In this document: positions 62,033 to 64,000 of the stretch, piece by piece
Position numbering within the stretch: the stretch's first letter is position 1
Layout: each line of letters begins with the position of its first letter
Origin: a virus
Taxonomy: Duplodnaviria; Caudoviricetes
Length of the DNA: 64,000 bases
IMG/VR virus record: IMGVR_UViG_3300010366_000012
Location: 1-64,000 of that record
Reading direction: 5' to 3' (one strand)
The notes under the pieces: generated by a model
The model's database searches: none
What the model was told of the DNA's origin: nothing
Seen by the model: only the letters and a program-made list of their open reading frames with translations
Position numbers and translations under genes: made by a program

Positions 62033-62151
62033 GGCTGCCTCCGGTGCCGGGCCGCGCGTCCCTTGGACTTGCTCACCCGCTTGGTTGCTGTGCCCGCGTG
62101 CTTGGCCCGCTTGCGGCGCTGAAGCGGCAGCTGCCGCTTTCGCGCGCTCAC
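62029..62151 (-). CDS. Very basic 40-aa peptide
   Basis: Read by hand: MSARKRQLPLQRRKRAKHAGTATKRVSKSKGRAARHRRQP; overlaps stop/start codons at both ends. Confidence 0.55.
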   Translation of the reverse strand: MSARKRQLPLQRRKRAKHAGTATKRVSKSKGRAARHRRQP

Positions 62152-62435
62152 GGCTGCCTCACCACCGGGACCGGGATGACCCAGCCGCGGCGGCGCTCCC
62201 CGGGCACGCCGGGGGCCACCCAGACCACCCAGTGGTCTGTCTCGAAGATGTAGAACGGCTGGGTGCGCGGTGCCTCGTCATCGGTGTCCACCTCGTGCGG
62301 GGGCGGCTCGCCGTCCTTGTTGAGCGTCTCGCGGATGAACCACATTTCGACCTGGCGGCGGTCCACCGTGCGCCCGTCCGGCCAGCTGTATGCCAGGTTG
62401 AGCGCGGTGGCCACCACCTGGTACCCGCCCCTCAT
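62148..62435 (-). CDS. Possible HTH/excisionase-like DNA-binding protein
   Basis: YQVVATALN...VDRRQVEMWFIR...GEPPP pattern. Confidence 0.55.
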   Translation of the reverse strand: MRGGYQVVATALNLAYSWPDGRTVDRRQVEMWFIRETLNKDGEPPPHEVDTDDEAPRTQPFYIFETDHWVVWVAPGVPGERRRGWVIPVPVVRQP

Positions 62436-62758
62436 GACTGGTCCTCCTGACCGAGGTAGGTCACCGTGCCCGTGCGGGGCGGCGGCGTCATCGTGATCCC
62501 GGCCCGCTCCGCGGCAGCCAGCACCTCGGGCACGCGGTCGGCCGCGTGGAACGGGTCGGGGTGCGGGGTCACCTGCCACTGGCGGACCTGCCGGATCGCC
62601 CAGGCGATGCCGTCCGCCTGGCCCTTCAGCAGCTGCCGCTGCCGGTGGGTCAGCTTCAGCCGGGTGTCCTCGGCGCGCTCCAGCCGGGAGACGCGCTCGC
62701 GCTCCAGCTCCCCGATGAAGGTGTCCTTGTCGCCGTAAGTCTCGTTCGTGATCTTCAT
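62432..62758 (-). CDS. Hypothetical protein
   Basis: 108 aa; extended SD. Confidence 0.7.
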   Translation of the reverse strand: MKITNETYGDKDTFIGELERERVSRLERAEDTRLKLTHRQRQLLKGQADGIAWAIRQVRQWQVTPHPDPFHAADRVPEVLAAAERAGITMTPPPRTGTVTYLGQEDQS

Positions 62759-62801
62759 GATCCTTCTCCTTCTCCTTGCCTGTGCCTATTGTGCCTTCCG
62801 A

Positions 62802-62813
62802 TTCTGTCAACAG
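62802..62813 (-). promoter_or_regulatory. Variant of the ACTGTTGACAGAA motif (-35-like)
   Basis: GCTGTTGACAGAA upstream of gene 62758; only a degenerate -10 follows. Confidence 0.55.
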
Positions 62814-62869
62814 CAAACGGGCCGGGGGATGTTCCCCGGCCCGCTTGCCTGCCCACCACCACGCGGGCC

Positions 62870-63898
62870 TTAGGCGGCGACCAGGACGCTGCGGAGCACG
62901 TCCAGGGTTGCCATGTCCTCCTTGTCGGTCGCGCCGCTGACGCGGTTCATGAAGTTCCGCTCCGGGCGGCTCATGCCCTTGACGGTCCGCTCGTGCTGGT
63001 TGAAGGTGCTGATCGCCTGCATGACGCCGAAGCCGGTCCCGGTGAAGGGCGCGCACCGCGGGTCGTTCTTGTACAGGGCGGTCAGGCCGTCGTGCGCCTT
63101 GTCCCAGTTGGTCTGGCCGCGGCCAGCCTCGAACGGGCGCTCCTTGCCGAGGTGGGCGGCCACGAAATTCTCCCACTCCTTCTCGGACACCGGGGTGCAG
63201 AGCAGCTCGTCCAGCTCCTTGTTGACCGCATCCGAGCTGGCCTGCAGGATGCCGAGCGCGTCCCGCACATCCTGCGGCTTGACGTCGGTGCCTGCGCGGT
63301 GCGCGTACTTGATCACTTGCGCGTCCCGCTCCCCGAGCATCGCGGACCAGGTGTTGTCACAGACCACGAGGGTCGAGCCGCGCTGGTAGCGGGTGCTCAT
63401 GGAGCCGTCGAGCACGGTGGTGGCGGTGAAGTGCGGCCGGTGCTGAATGCCACCGGGGCCTTCGACCGTCTCGGGCAGCTCGATCTGGACCCAGGCGACC
63501 GCGCCCTTCTTCAGCAGGCCAGCTGAGCCGATGCCCATTTCGCCGTCATCGAGGATGGTGCTGGTGTTGTCGAGCAGCCACTGGGTGTACCCGTGGCTGA
63601 TGGCGCGCTTGCCGACCACGCCCAGGACGTCGCCCGTCTCCGGGTGGACCCAGGTCTTGTGCGTCGGGACGGCCACGGTGAGGGTCCGGCCATGCGCCCG
63701 GTAGGTCGTCTTGACCTTGCCCTCGGCAGGCTCCCAGCTGAACAGCCGCCGCTTGACGTCGGCCACCGGGATCGCGCCGGGGTAGTGGTTGGGCTCGACG
63801 CCCTGCGCCGACTCCAGGTAGTGCCAGGCGGTCCCGCGCTTGTCGGTGAACCCCTGCAGCGTCATGTTGTTCAGCCACTCGGCCGATTCTGCTGACAT
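62870..63898 (-). CDS. DUF932 / TIGR03299-like phage-plasmid protein
   Basis: AWH...G.L..GAVAWVQIELP...DGSMST...VVCDNT...HR...GTGFGVMQA.STF..H. Confidence 0.85.
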   Translation of the reverse strand: MSAESAEWLNNMTLQGFTDKRGTAWHYLESAQGVEPNHYPGAIPVADVKRRLFSWEPAEGKVKTTYRAHGRTLTVAVPTHKTWVHPETGDVLGVVGKRAISHGYTQWLLDNTSTILDDGEMGIGSAGLLKKGAVAWVQIELPETVEGPGGIQHRPHFTATTVLDGSMSTRYQRGSTLVVCDNTWSAMLGERDAQVIKYAHRAGTDVKPQDVRDALGILQASSDAVNKELDELLCTPVSEKEWENFVAAHLGKERPFEAGRGQTNWDKAHDGLTALYKNDPRCAPFTGTGFGVMQAISTFNQHERTVKGMSRPERNFMNRVSGATDKEDMATLDVLRSVLVAA

Positions 63899-63938
63899 GT
63901 CTTGCCTTCTCCCTGTCGGAAACTTGCTTACGCTCACG

Positions 63939-63971
63939 AGCATAGTTGACAGAATCCGTTCTGTCAACAGT
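63939..63971 (-). promoter_or_regulatory. SigA/HrdB-type promoter with a perfect inverted-repeat operator
   Basis: TTGACA (63967-63962), 17 nt, TATGCT (63944-63939); GTTGACAGAA-TCCG-TTCTGTCAAC. Confidence 0.82.
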
Positions 63972-64000
63972 GATCAAGGTATTTCTTCAAAGATTCCCGG

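Noticed and set aside
1-64000. Integrase/att site, rRNA, tRNA, CRISPR-Cas or IS elements
   Set aside because: None recognised in this window. The genome continues beyond both edges, so absence here does not establish lifestyle.

Overview
The window is a ~64 kb piece of a very GC-rich tailed dsDNA phage genome with siphovirus-type morphogenesis genes, most likely infecting a filamentous actinomycete (host inferred from gene content and HrdB/SigA-type promoters). Left to right: (1) the 3' end of a D5/P4-type primase-helicase, followed by iteron-like repeats and an AT-rich tract; (2) accessory genes including a secreted LysM plus Rpf/SceD-like transglycosylase and a 529-aa Pro-rich protein; (3) TerS, TerL, a DUF935-type portal and MuF; (4) about 9 kb of modular, probably head-associated polyproteins carrying two HipA/PI3K-like kinase domains and a nested out-of-frame HNH gene; (5) Mu-type protease/scaffold, capsid, neck, tail, a tape measure with NlpC/P60 and transglycosylase domains, tail tip, a repeat-rich fibre and a DUF1906 endolysin; (6) a Streptomyces-plasmid/AICE-like conjugation module (TraB/FtsK, Spd-like membrane proteins, divergent GntR/Kor regulator, DUF2637); (7) a leftward arm of small early genes with repeated promoter/operator motifs and a ~780-nt highly base-paired non-coding region. 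No integrase, tRNA, rRNA or CRISPR array was seen. All family assignments come from motif recognition by eye; no database search was run.
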